Shown here one piece after another: positions 1 through 11,148 of a stretch of 63,877 bases of DNA. Under the pieces are notes generated by a model. It made no database searches. It saw only the letters and a list, made by a program, of their open reading frames with translations, and was not told where the DNA came from. How positions within the stretch are numbered: the first letter of the stretch is position 1; the number at the start of each line of letters is the position of its first letter. The position numbers were made by a program, and so were the translations under genes. Origin of the DNA: Gracilinanus agilis (Eukaryota); the NCBI RefSeq assembly GCF_016433145.1, contig NC_058135.1, forward strand, positions 57,300,730 to 57,364,606, written 5' to 3'.

Positions 1-118
1 TGTCTTAGAATCAATACTCAAACAGAAGAGTGATAAGGACTAGGCAATGGGGACTAAATGAGTTGCCCAAGGTCACATGATTAGGAAGTGTCTGAGGTCA
101 CATTTGAAACCAGGACTT
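1..118 (-). mobile_element. SINE1_Mdo-type tRNA-derived SINE, partial
   Basis: tgtcttagaatcaatact...gggactaaatgagttgcccaaggtcac...gtctgaggtcacatttgaa, reverse complement of the SINE core and tail. Confidence 0.8.
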
Positions 119-119
119 A

Positions 120-300
120 TTTGGGGTTTTCTTGGCAAAGATACTCGAGTGGTTTTCCATTTCCTCTCCAGTTCATTTTACAGATGAGGAAAGAGGTTAA
201 CAGGGTTAAGTGACTTGCCTAAGATCATACAGCTAATGTCTAAGGCCAGATTTGAACTCAGGAAGATGAGTTCTCTATCCATTGTACTACCTAGCTTCCC
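120..300 (-). mobile_element. MAR1-type CORE-SINE
   Basis: ggggttttcttggcaaagatact.gagtggtt...ccatttcctctccag...cattttacagatgagg core and RTE-like tail. Confidence 0.8.
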
Positions 301-1039
301 ACACAGTTTCTTAATGAGGTCAAAACTCTTGGATTCATAAAGGATTTCTTCCTGGCAGAGGTATCAATAGGAAATTGAAAGGAAGCAGAGTTGAAGTATA
401 GCATTTGGTGACTATAGGAAGGTCCATGACTGGAAGTGTTTGACCAGAAGTGCTAGGCATGACTTTAACTGACTATTTAGCCAAAGAGAGGGCAACAGAG
501 TAGCCTGAGAGTGTTATCAACTTTGCTGTAGGGAAATGTAGATAGGAAGGCTATTCTTTTAGAATTTTGTTTCTTCTGGTTTTTTTTTTGTCTGTCTCTT
601 AGGAGATGGAAAGTTCACGTGGCCTCATGTTCAGGCAAGTTCCATTGGATGTACTGATCTATTAGTAACCATGCATGTTGTAGGATTTGATTATTGTTAA
701 GGTTTCTATTTTCATTATATGTAAGTCAGTTCTGATAGAATGATGTGTTTATTGAGCTACATCTTTCCCTACAATCTCTGTGCTCATGTTCTCAACTAAA
801 AAACCTCTTGTTAGTGCAAAATCATGCAGTGGTTATGAGGGGCTCAGCATTGTAGGTGCTCTATGACCAAGACCTAAAATGATCCAGTGAGTTCTGGCAC
901 CCCTGAAGACTTTAGAGCTAGAGGAAGTTGGAGGTGATGCTACTCTCAATAACCCACAAAATATAAACTATTAGTTCTGATCATTATACCTCAAAGAAGA
1001 TATCATGGAACCATGGAAGGTCTACAGAAAGGTGATTAG

Positions 1040-1370
1040 AAAGGAAGATAAAAGACCATCTAACCTCACGTATTTACATTTCCTATTCAATGGAAGAATC
1101 CTCTCATGTCCTCCATTTCAGTTCATCCTAAACACTGTAGCCAGGGTAATAATATTCTTCAGTCGTTCTGACCACATGACTTCTCTATTCAACCAATTCC
1201 ATTGGACTTCCTATTGCCTCAAGGACTAAGCAAAAACATGTTTGGCTTTTAAAACTCTACACAACCTGGCCCAAGCCTATCTTTCCAATCTTAATGGACA
1301 CTATTGTCTACAATATAGTTACACCAACTTTCGCTTTGCTCTCCCTCAATCCATGAAGCTTCTTTATCCA
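1040..1370 (+). mobile_element. L2 LINE fragment (degenerate)
   Basis: ttcatcctaaacactgtagccagggtaat...tgaccacatgac...ttcctattgcctcaagg...tttggcttttaaaactctacacaacctggccc resembles L2 3' ORF2. Confidence 0.7.
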
Positions 1371-2149
1371 GCATGACAATCTGAACAGTCTTATCCTTAT
1401 ATGAGGAGGACAGGAGTCATTGGGGTTACACACATCATCATATTTTATTCAGAGATATTAACAACATCTGGATCTTAGGCTTAAGTGTTTGGCATGTTAG
1501 GCTATGTCCACTTTGCTCAGTCACATGCTTCTAAAAACCAGGCTATGTAATCAAATAACATATGATTTGATGGGGCTCTGTATGCTTAACCAAGGCTTGC
1601 CATTTTTTATTATAGTGTTTATGGATGGGGATTCCAAGTGACAAAAGGACCCAAAGGCTGAAAACAGCCATGGTTTTGGTGGGAAGAAGGGACAATTTTT
1701 ACTTGTGGAGAAACTCAAAATATCAGAAGTCTGGCTGACCGCCCATGAGCTTTGAGTGTCTTCTTACAAAAGTTGAGACCCCTACAGTTCCTATAGCTGT
1801 CTTGATTTGAGCGAATAACGAATCTCCTAAAGTGGTTGTATAATTTGAATTCGTACCATTGAAAGTTATAATTACATAAAATATGGCAATTGCAAACTGG
1901 AAACAATATGAGCACTCTGTAGAGGATTTACCATTCATACTAATCACGACTTAAGTGAACTTTTGATGGCATTAGAGATACCTGGAAAAATTTTGATTGT
2001 GACCATTAGGGTCATGCCCTTCCAACCTGTTCCTTTCAAGAGAAGTGGGAATATGCAAAAAATATGAGTGATTAAAGATGAAAATAACCATTGACATTAT
2101 TCTGGTCAAGAGTTTACTTTGGAAATAAGTGTGTGAATCTCATTAAAAA

Positions 2150-2960
2150 GCTAATTCCAATGACAGCAAAGGAAAGTGATATATATTGGAGGAGATGCAG
2201 CAAAATTGGGATGCTAATGCATTGCTGGTGGAGCTGTGAATTGATCCAACCTTTCTGGATGGCAATTTAGAATTATGCACAAAAGGCTTTAAAAGACTGC
2301 CTGCCCTTTGATCCAGCCATATTACTGCTGGGTTGTACCCCAAAGAGATAATAAGGAAAAAGACCTGTACAAAAATATTTATAGCTGTGCTCTTCGTGGG
2401 GCAAAAAATTGGAAAATGAGGGGGTGTCCCTCGATTAGAGAATGGCTAACAAACCATGGTATCTGATGGTGATGGAATACTACTGTACTGAAAGGAATGA
2501 TGAACTGGAGGATTTCTGTGTGAACCAGAAAGACTTCCAAGAATTGATGCAGAGCAAAAGGAGCAGAACCAGGACATTGTACACAGAAACTGATACATTA
2601 TGGCACAATAAAATGTAACAGACTTTTCTACTAGCAGCAATGCAATGATCCAGGACAATCCAGAGGAATTTATGAGAAAGAATGCTATCCACATCCAGAG
2701 AAAGAACTGTGGGAGCAGAAATGCAGAAGAAAAACATATGATTGATCACGTGGTTTAATGGGGATATGATTGGGGTTTTGGTGTTAAAAGATCACTCTAT
2801 TACAAATGTGAATAATATGGAAATAGATTTTGAACAATGATACACATATAACCCAGTGGAATTGCTTGTTGGCTCCAGAGGCGGATGGGAAGAGGGGTGG
2901 GAAAAACTATGAATCATGTAACCATGGAAAAATATTCTAAACAAGCAAATAAATAAATAT
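2150..2960 (+). mobile_element. L1 LINE 3' fragment (ORF2 C-terminus and 3' UTR), antisense to LEF1
   Basis: ccctttgatccagccata...aaaaattggaaaatgagggggtgtccc...catgtaaccatggaaaaatattctaa and an A-rich end; same family as 62915-63877. Confidence 0.92.
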
Positions 2961-3886
2961 TTTTTCCCCTTAAAACCTAATTCCAACAGAGGACATTTTA
3001 TTGTCTTCCTTGGATATGGACTCCCACTAAAGTCAACAGACTTCCCAAAGAGCGAAAAAAACAATCAATCTCAGGAGAATAAGCCATAAATGCTTAGTTT
3101 TAAGGGGTCTGGATTCCTGAGGAGGGGTCAGAAGATTGAAACAGTGAGACACGGTGTGAATTGCCATCCATCAGCAAGGATGAAGCCTAGCTCATGATGA
3201 TAACAGGGTTAGGGTCACTGGAGAACACTCACTAAATGAGCTGATAGTGTTGTGATCACAGAAGAAGCATTTAAGATAAAAAAGGAATTAAATTAATATG
3301 ATATTTCTAAAATATGCAAATGAGAACAAGCAACTATTACTAGGAGAGAAAAATTCATCCATTCAAAAATTTATGACTTAGGATGGCAAAAGGGAATGGC
3401 TATCTTTTCCTTGAGAAACAAATTGATTTTTAAGTGTCAACCCTCACTTAACTGAGAAAAGTCTGAAACCTAGCAGGAATAGGGATTCCTTGACTGAATG
3501 GTGCTCCAATCCAATCAAGAATTGATTGCCTTCCCCCATGCTGGCTGAAAGGGTTCAGAAAGCAGAAGCCATGTCCCCCTTGGGAAGGCAAGATGCTCGT
3601 TAAACAGACAGACTTGAGGCAAGCCAGTCAGTGAGGCATAGTTGGTGGGCTAAGGGGAGGAAGGTATCTTTGAGGGCAGTTACAAGGGAGAAAGGAGAAA
3701 AATGAGAAGAAAGAAAAGAAAATCCATTCTTGAAATGTTCTCAATGCCAAAGACTTGGTTTTGTTTTTCCTTGTTTAAAAAATAATAATCCAGAATGGAA
3801 TTGGTGTCAGCAAGGAAGTTCATAAGCAAAGGCTTATTTTATAACTCAATTAGGCGGGAAGGCTAGAGAGACATTCTTACCATGCT

Positions 3887-3921
3887 TCAGATGTAGGCAG
3901 CTGTCATTCTTGGACCTGTAC
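3887..3921 (-). CDS. LEF1: LEF1 exon 11 coding part (G)TGPRMTAAYI*; alternative N-tail exon, full exon 3881-3921 (41 nt)
   Basis: ttctccag|GTACAGGTCCAAGAATGACAGCTGCCTACATCTGAAGCATG|gtaaga; TGA at 3887-3889. Confidence 0.96.
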
Positions 3922-4580
3922 CTGGAGAAAATTGTGTCCTTTAACAAAGATTCATTGAAGATGGGTTTTTTTTGTACATTCCAAATATGTAGCACGCTAT
4001 AGCATCATGTGGAAGGCTTGCTTTTGCTTTTTGTGGTTCTAATATCAGCCATTTTTATTCGTGTCATATAAGCAGTGGAAATGTTTTTTAATGAAGGGAC
4101 AGGGGGAAGGGGAGGTGGAACAAGACCTCACTGATGCTGTAAGCCTATCTACCAGCAAGATGAACTTTTCTTTTTGTTTTACATTAAATAACATCAGAAA
4201 CTATGAAAAATACTTCGAGGGGATGTAGTCTTATTGCAGCCTATGTTAATCATATAATAAAAAATCTCTGAGGACTTATGCAAATGGAAAAGGATAGTCT
4301 GGGTAAAAGCAAAGAGAACACAGCCAAGCAATAGAAGCAAAGAATTAAGAGTTCAAACACAGTTAGTACCTAGGATTCCAAGGTAAAGGGGGTTTTAATG
4401 CATCTTCACATGATCACATTAAAAGAAATCTCTTAGATAAAAAAAATGTAAGGAAGGAAAAGAGAAGAAAAACAACTTGGAACTCTAGAATATGGCAGCA
4501 TTTGGAGAGAATGCATGCCATTCTGAGCACAGGGTTTTAGAAGCATGTGAACTGAATATGAAAAGTCACTTTGGACATAC

Positions 4581-4629
4581 CTGATGTGGATTCCTGTAGT
4601 TTCTCTCTCTTCCTCTTCTTTTTCTTACC
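4581..4629 (-). CDS. LEF1: LEF1 exon 10, basic tail/NLS GKKKKRKREKLQESTS(G), 49 nt
   Basis: tttttccag|GGTAAGAAAAAGAAGAGGAAGAGAGAGAAACTACAGGAATCCACATCAG|gtatgt. Confidence 0.97.
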
Positions 4630-4769
4630 CTGGAAAAAAGGGATTTCATCATGTCATTTGCACATGGCATATGTGATATCAAATCAACAGAAGGAGAAAG
4701 ACCAGAGATAAGAACATCTCGGTTTTTCTCTCTCTCCTCCCTTATATTATTCAAGGAGACTGAAACAGA

Positions 4770-4975
4770 GAGACAGAGACAAAAAGAGATAGATAGAGAG
4801 ATATGAAGCAAGAGATGGAGTGGGGAGAGAGGGAAAGGGAAGAGATGAGAGAGAAAGGAGAGAGATTGAGGGGAAAGAGAGGGAGAGAGAGATTAGAGGA
4901 AGAAAGAGAGGGAGAGAAAAAGAGAGATGAGAGGGGGAGAATAATGGTGAGAGAAAGACAGCAAGTGAAAGAAAA
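4770..4975 (+). repeat. GA-rich low-complexity tract
   Basis: gagacagagac...gggagagagggaaagggaagag; source of spurious ORF 4803..4985. Confidence 0.85.
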
Positions 4976-5187
4976 GTTAACTTGATCCTCCTCTTAAAGA
5001 TTGGATAGTGTAGAGATTTGTTTACATTAAATGCTTTTAAAGTTCCTGCTTATTTCAAAAATGTGCTGAAGAGTTGTGGTCCCATTTGAAAGCTCTACCT
5101 CTAATCGTACAACTTTTTATTTTTATTGTTATTAGTTTTATCAAGTAATAAGTAGTCATTAAAGTCACTTCATTAATAAAACTTTGG

Positions 5188-5425
5188 TTGCTTCACTTGT
5201 GTCCAACTCTTTGTGACCACATTTGGGGTTCTTCTTGGCAAAAATACTGGAGTGATTTGCCATTTCCTTTTCCATTTCATTTTACAGATGAAGAAATTGA
5301 GGCAAACAAGGTGAAGTCACTTGCCCAAGGTCACACAGCTAATAAGTGTCTGAGGTTGGATTTGACCTCAGGAAGATAAACCTTCCTAATTCCAAGCCCA
5401 GGGCTCTACCCACTGTGCTACCTAT
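5188..5425 (-). mobile_element. MAR1-type SINE
   Basis: gtgtccaactctttgtgaccacatttgggg...ttggcaaaaatactggagtg...tttacagatgaagaaattgaggc. Confidence 0.85.
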
Positions 5426-5889
5426 GTTCTATTTATAAATAGTATGATATATGATGTTTATATCTAGTAAATGGTCATATTTGATGTAAGATGCCATTTT
5501 CAAACAATTGTCAACTAATAATGTATAAACTGGCCCTCTACACTCCAGATGTGCTAGAAAAACCATGAGTTATATACTGCATAGATGTGATTTATCGAAG
5601 TATTTGTGCTTATGCAGTCACAAATGCATTTTTCTTCCTCTAATACTGTCCCTGGATTAGTTGTGGAACCAGAGAAATTTAGCCGAATCTGTTCACACAA
5701 AAATACTCACTAGGGAAAATAGAAGACAGAAACGTAGTGGTACTGAATAAAGTCAATTGAGAAAGCAAATGAAAAGCACCAGGACTTTTGTGTGTCTGGA
5801 AAATATTCCATTCATCCCTATGCATTCTTTTACTCTCGAAGGTATAATTGCAATAATTAACTCAAGAATAAACAGCTGAAATTTCTGAG

Positions 5890-6095
5890 AAGCATCTTTC
5901 AGACATCATTTCATTTGATCCTCACATCAACCTGGTGAAACAAGTGCTATTATTATCCCCATTTTACAGATGAGGAAACCGAGGCACAGAGAAGTTAATT
6001 CATTTGTGTTGAATCATACAGGAAGTATCTGAGGTGGCTTTTGAACCCATTTCTTCCTGACTTCAAGTCCAATACTCTATCTATTATGCCACATT
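5890..6095 (-). mobile_element. MIR-type SINE
   Basis: atttcatttgatcctcac...attatccccattttacagatgaggaaaccgaggcacagaga. Confidence 0.8.
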
Positions 6096-6778
6096 TTTCT
6101 TCAAATTAATTAGAGGGGTTTGGAATGATAATAAAATGATGAGAAAAAGGGAGAAAAATCATAATCTTTTATACCACGCCCTCCTAATCACTTCCTCCTT
6201 TTTTTCCCTTGCTCCCAAGAGAACTCAGAAAGATAACAAGAGCTCAACAAAATTAAATGGAATCTTGGGGGGGGGGGGAAAGCAATGTAGAAAACAGATT
6301 TCTACTTACATGGCAAAAATGTATTTTCATGTGAAATGTAAAAAACAGTACATATGTGTATATGTACAAATAAAATATGCACGGCTACAGAGGAAACAGA
6401 GAAGAGGTCAAGATGAGAAGAGAGAAAGAGGACTTTTTTTGAAGCCTACTAGTTTTATGCAATATTTATCAGGAGCCATCGAAATGGAGATTTCACTATC
6501 CTCTTTATAAAGGCAATGTTTGGTAATTACCAATGTTTTGGAAAATTTCCTGACCAATTAATAAAAATAATTCACTATCTAACATCCCATTCACTAAACT
6601 AGAGTGAAAATCCCAAAGGAATCTAAGCTACATAGAGAAGAATAGAAATAATTTTTTTAAGTTGCTAAACTTTGCTTCTCCCAAGATACAATGTGCGTCT
6701 CACATCCTGAGTTTTCTTCCAAAGAAGGAATAACTATGCTTTCACATACGTAGAAACACCTTGCACCATCATCTATAT

Positions 6779-6972
6779 CAGTGATTCCTGAAGTGGGCAC
6801 TACCACCCCCTGGTGGGTGCTGCAGTGATCCAGGAAAGCAGTGATGGCCACAGGTGCATTTATCTTTCCTATTCATTGCTATTAAAATTAAAAAAAATTT
6901 AATTTCCAGGGGTGCTAAGTAATATTTGTTCTGGAAAGGGGGTGGTAGGCCACAAAAATTTGATAACCACTG
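6779..6972. mobile_element. hAT/Charlie-type MITE, 194 bp
   Basis: Ends CAGTGATTCC... and ...ATAACCACTG (degenerate CAGTG TIRs); 8-bp flanks atctatat / gtctagat (6/8 identical, NTCTAGAN Charlie target consensus). Confidence 0.82.
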
Positions 6973-7520
6973 GTCTAGATGTAAACTGGTTTTTCAAATG
7001 CCTATCAGCCCCAAAATGGACAGACAGCCTTCTATTAGCTATACCTAAGCACGTGAACATACAAAAAGAGCAAGTTCCCTTAAAACCTGGTTTACAGATT
7101 ATTAGTAACCCAGAACTTTAAAGGGTTGGGCTTAAACAAAAGGCAATTTTATTAGAAGAAAGGTTTTGATTGTTCTCAACTAAGGAGGAGTGGTGTTTAT
7201 CGATTTATGAAATCATCCATTATTGGCCAAGTTGCCAAAATGTACATGTGAAATTTTAAACATCTGTAATATGGGAAATTTTGTTATGAAATCAAGGGAT
7301 GCTACCGACCACTGCTGGGCTTCCAGTGAATGTGGCACAACAGTTTTTTTTTCTTTCAATTATATTCTGGTGATAAATGTCCTTCAGTTTTAGTCTATTT
7401 GGTTTAAGTGGTCTAAAAACTTTAAGAGAATCAAGGCTGTCTCTGTTTGAACTATTTGACTGGAATGTAACCCAATAATAACTCAACAGACAATAAGGGA
7501 TTTTATAAGACCGATTGAAA

Positions 7521-7722
7521 GGGGACAACTAGGTGGCTCAGCAGATTGAGAGTCAGGCCTAGAGACTGGTCCTAGGTCCTGGGTTCAAATTTGACCTCTG
7601 ATACTTCCTAGCTGTGTGATCCGGGGCAAGCTACTTAACTCCCTTTGCCTAGCCCTTACTGCTCTTCTGTTTTGGAACCAAATATAGTATTGATTCTAAG
7701 AGGGAAGAAAAGGGTTAAAAAG
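7521..7722 (+). mobile_element. SINE1_Mdo-type SINE, antisense to LEF1
   Basis: ggggacaactaggtggctcagcagattgagag...ggttcaaatttgacctc...agtattgattctaagag...gggttaaaaa. Confidence 0.88.
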
Positions 7723-7739
7723 ACCTATTGACATCATGT

Positions 7740-7882
7740 ATATATATATATGTGTGTGTAATATATACACATATACACATATACATACTATAGATAGATA
7801 TTGATATAGATGTAAACCAATAAATTGTAGATAAATTGTGGATAAATTATAAACCAAAAAATATAGATATATTGACACCAAG

Positions 7883-7915
<33 letters not shown>

Positions 7916-7950
7916 GCTATAGATATATATAGTTATAGATATAAACCAAT
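7740..7950. repeat. Degenerate (TA)n / ATAGAT low-complexity repeat
   Basis: tatatatatatgtgtgt...; the block ending atagat.taaaccaataa occurs twice. Confidence 0.8.
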
Positions 7951-8019
7951 AACTTAAGACCACTGACAAAGGCAGAAGTGCTTCTTTGATTATGGTCATT
8001 GGAAAAATTATTACTACTG

Positions 8020-8187
8020 TTTTTTTAAACCCTTACTTCCTATCTTAGAATTGATATTAATGTATACTGGGGTTAAGTGACTTGCCCAGGGTCATGCAGC
8101 TACAATGTATCTGAGGCCAGATTTGACCCTAGGACTTCTGAACTCCAGGCCTGGTGCTCTATTCACTGTGCTACCTAGTTGCTTCCC
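8020..8187 (-). mobile_element. SINE1_Mdo-type SINE (internally deleted)
   Basis: ttttaaacccttacttcctatcttagaatt...gttaagtgacttgcccagggtca...ctacctagttgc. Confidence 0.82.
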
Positions 8188-8198
8188 CCCTCCCTGCC

Positions 8199-8386
8199 TT
8201 TTTTTTTTTAAACCCTTAACTTATGTATATTGGCTCCTAGGTGGAAGTGTGGTAAGGGGTGGGCAATGGGGGTCAAGTGACTTGCCCAGGGTCACACAGC
8301 TGGGAAGTGTCTGAGGCCGGATGTGAAACTAGGACCTCCCGTCTCTAGGCCTGGCTCTCACTCCACTGAGCTACCCAGCTGCCCCC
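8199..8386 (-). mobile_element. Young SINE1_Mdo copy (short-tail subfamily) with 14-bp TSD
   Basis: Near-consensus body; TSD cctccctgcctttt at 8189-8202 and 8388-8401. Confidence 0.92.
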
Positions 8387-9806
8387 TCCTCCCTGCCTTT
8401 TTAAAAAATTCCTCACCTTTAAGTAAATGATTACAAAGTGAGAACCAAAGCAGAATTAGAAGAGGGAATTTTCAAAACCGGAGATTGAAATCTAAGCATT
8501 TTGTCATTTCCACTAATATATTACTGGGGTTCTGGACAGAATAAACAAGAGAAAATAGGGGCATATAACTCATTGGCTATCTCTTGAGTCAAAACAGTCT
8601 TCTTAAGGCAAAAGGAATAAGACAACAAGCTTAGGAAAGTCTGAGAGACATTCATTTCATAAAAAAATAAATATGAAAATTTTTAGAACTTTAGATTCTT
8701 TTTTCACAAACTATATAGCTTCATCTAATGCTTCAATTCAATTCCCAAAATGCTAAGTGGATTTTTTTTGTCCAAAACAAGCTGAGAAAGAAATCATGGG
8801 GGCATATTTAACAGGAAAGAGTTTGGAAAAACATTGAATGGAAGTCAGGAGCCTTGACTTCTATTCTTAGCACCATCACTAAGTTTAGTCAGTAGTCTTG
8901 GATAATACATGCCTTCTCTGTGTTTCAGTAAAAGAAATGGAGGAGATTGAGGCAACTCAAAGGCCACTTTCCAATTTCCCAAATCCATGAAGTCATGGAC
9001 TTTCAGGATGAGATGCATCAGTGTTTTAAGGTGAAGTTTCAGTAGACAACTAATTTGGGTCATAAACACAAATTCTTGCATCAACCTCAAGGCCAAGAGG
9101 ATCATTGTTTACAGTCAGTGATACTCTGACTAGTGGCTGAACTCTCACCCTCACTACAGGGCTAATCTAGTTTATTTTTAGATTTTTCTGACTGGCACCA
9201 TCAAGGCTGACCACATGCTAGTCATGAAAATTATTTCAAATTGGGTTTGTAGTTCAAATTCTGAGAGTTACCATTGCTTTCCCTCCTTAAGATAGGATGA
9301 TACCTCTAAATGTATCATTAATAACAAGCACACAACCTGAAAAATAATGAGGATCGCAGTGGTCGTCTCAGAGGCATCCATTGCAACAAACAGCCTTGTA
9401 AGGACTTATTTGTGGAAGCCTGGAGTAGCAAGGGTCCCTCAAGGTCATCGAGTGCAAATCTGTATCCCTAAAAGGAGTCATTCTGCCTCTAGTGACAGAC
9501 AGGGAAGTCTTTACCTTATTAGAATCAAAGATTTAGAGTTGGAAGTACCATAAACAGCATCTTGTCCAGCACCTGCCATTTTACCAATAAGGAAATGGAG
9601 GTGACTTCCCCAATGACAAATAGGTGGTACATAGAGGAGTCAAGATTCAGCCCAATGCTCCTTCCATCTAGCATTCAGCCTCTTGCTAAATATATAAGTA
9701 TATATACATATATATGTATAGTGAGAGGCTGAAAAAAATATATATATATACTCATCCTAAGTTGCCTAGTTTTAAATGAGTTAATAAAGCCTGAATTATA
9801 TATATA

Positions 9807-10003
9807 TTTTTAAACCCTTACCTTCCATCTTAGAATCGATAATGTGCATTGATTCCAAGGGAGAAGTGCTGTAAGGGTAGGCAATGGGGGTTAAGCGACT
9901 TGCCCAGGGTCACACAGCTGGGAAGTGTCTGAGGTCAGAGTTGAACCCAGGAACTCCTATCTCTGCACTTGGTTTTCAGGTCACTAAGCCACCTAGCTGC
10001 CCC
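9807..10003 (-). mobile_element. SINE1_Mdo-type SINE
   Basis: ttttaaacccttaccttccatcttagaatc...gacttgcccagggtcacacagctgggaagtgtctgagg...cctagctgcccc. Confidence 0.88.
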
Positions 10004-10063
10004 CATTATACATACTTTAAAATACGTTTTCCTTTGGACAGCAGTAGGAGACAAAAAAAAAAA

Positions 10064-10914
10064 NNNNNNNNNNNNNNNNNNNNNNNNNNNNNNNNNNNNN
10101 NNNNNNNNNNNNNNNNNNNNNNNNNNNNNNNNNNNNNNNNNNNNNNNNNNNNNNNNNNNNNNNNNNNNNNNNNNNNNNNNNNNNNNNNNNNNNNNNNNNN
10201 NNNNNNNNNNNNNNNNNNNNNNNNNNNNNNNNNNNNNNNNNNNNNNNNNNNNNNNNNNNNNNNNNNNNNNNNNNNNNNNNNNNNNNNNNNNNNNNNNNNN
10301 NNNNNNNNNNNNNNNNNNNNNNNNNNNNNNNNNNNNNNNNNNNNNNNNNNNNNNNNNNNNNNNNNNNNNNNNNNNNNNNNNNNNNNNNNNNNNNNNNNNN
10401 NNNNNNNNNNNNNNNNNNNNNNNNNNNNNNNNNNNNNNNNNNNNNNNNNNNNNNNNNNNNNNNNNNNNNNNNNNNNNNNNNNNNNNNNNNNNNNNNNNNN
10501 NNNNNNNNNNNNNNNNNNNNNNNNNNNNNNNNNNNNNNNNNNNNNNNNNNNNNNNNNNNNNNNNNNNNNNNNNNNNNNNNNNNNNNNNNNNNNNNNNNNN
10601 NNNNNNNNNNNNNNNNNNNNNNNNNNNNNNNNNNNNNNNNNNNNNNNNNNNNNNNNNNNNNNNNNNNNNNNNNNNNNNNNNNNNNNNNNNNNNNNNNNNN
10701 NNNNNNNNNNNNNNNNNNNNNNNNNNNNNNNNNNNNNNNNNNNNNNNNNNNNNNNNNNNNNNNNNNNNNNNNNNNNNNNNNNNNNNNNNNNNNNNNNNNN
10801 NNNNNNNNNNNNNNNNNNNNNNNNNNNNNNNNNNNNNNNNNNNNNNNNNNNNNNNNNNNNNNNNNNNNNNNNNNNNNNNNNNNNNNNNNNNNNNNNNNNN
10901 NNNNNNNNNNNNNN
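10064..10914. other. Assembly gap (851 N); probable location of LEF1 exon 9
   Basis: N run; no [13 protein letters not shown]-like sequence found by eye elsewhere in 4630-17197. Confidence 0.85.
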
Positions 10915-11148
10915 TTCCTTCCTTCCTTCCTTCCTTCCTTCCTTCCTTCCTTCCTTCCTTCCTTCCTGTCTTAGAATAAATAAGTGCTCTGTATTGGTTT
11001 TAAGGCAAAAGAGTGGTAAGGGCTGGGCAATGGGGATTAAATGACTTGCCCACTGTCACACATCTAGTAAGTATCTGAGGCCAGATTTAAAACCAGGACC
11101 TTCTGTTTCTAGGCTTGACTCTTAGTTTACTGTACCACCTAGCTTCCC
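10915..11148 (-). mobile_element. SINE1_Mdo-type SINE with (TTCC)n microsatellite running into the gap
   Basis: (ttcc)n 10915-10966, then tgtcttagaat...ggtaagggctgggcaatgggg...cacctagcttccc. Confidence 0.85.

Noticed and set aside
1715-1915. Cys/basic ORF (VCNCHILC...RNCRGLNFCKK) open in phase 1 after a possible acceptor at about 1897, as a relic C-clamp (E-tail) exon
   Set aside because: Cys spacing does not fit the C-clamp pattern (C-x12-C-x2-C-x5-C) and there is no CRARF/W motif; phase agreement is a 1-in-3 chance.
4505-4525. gcatgcca hits (also about 11350) as possible starts of exon 9 (TGG CAT GC)
   Set aside because: They translate WHAFSPN and WHA*, lack an AG directly before TGG and do not continue as LSREEQAK.
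4566-4811. ORF covering exon 10
   Set aside because: It reads exon 10 in the wrong frame (RVRKRRG); the rest is GA-repeat and intron.
6657-6851. ORF MAITAFLDHCSTHQG...
   Set aside because: Partly inside a non-coding hAT MITE; no splice context or protein similarity recognised.
9884-11044. Long ORFs of 336-386 aa (likewise 19916-20198 and 43979-44632)
   Set aside because: Artefacts of translating N gaps plus SINE or microsatellite flanks.
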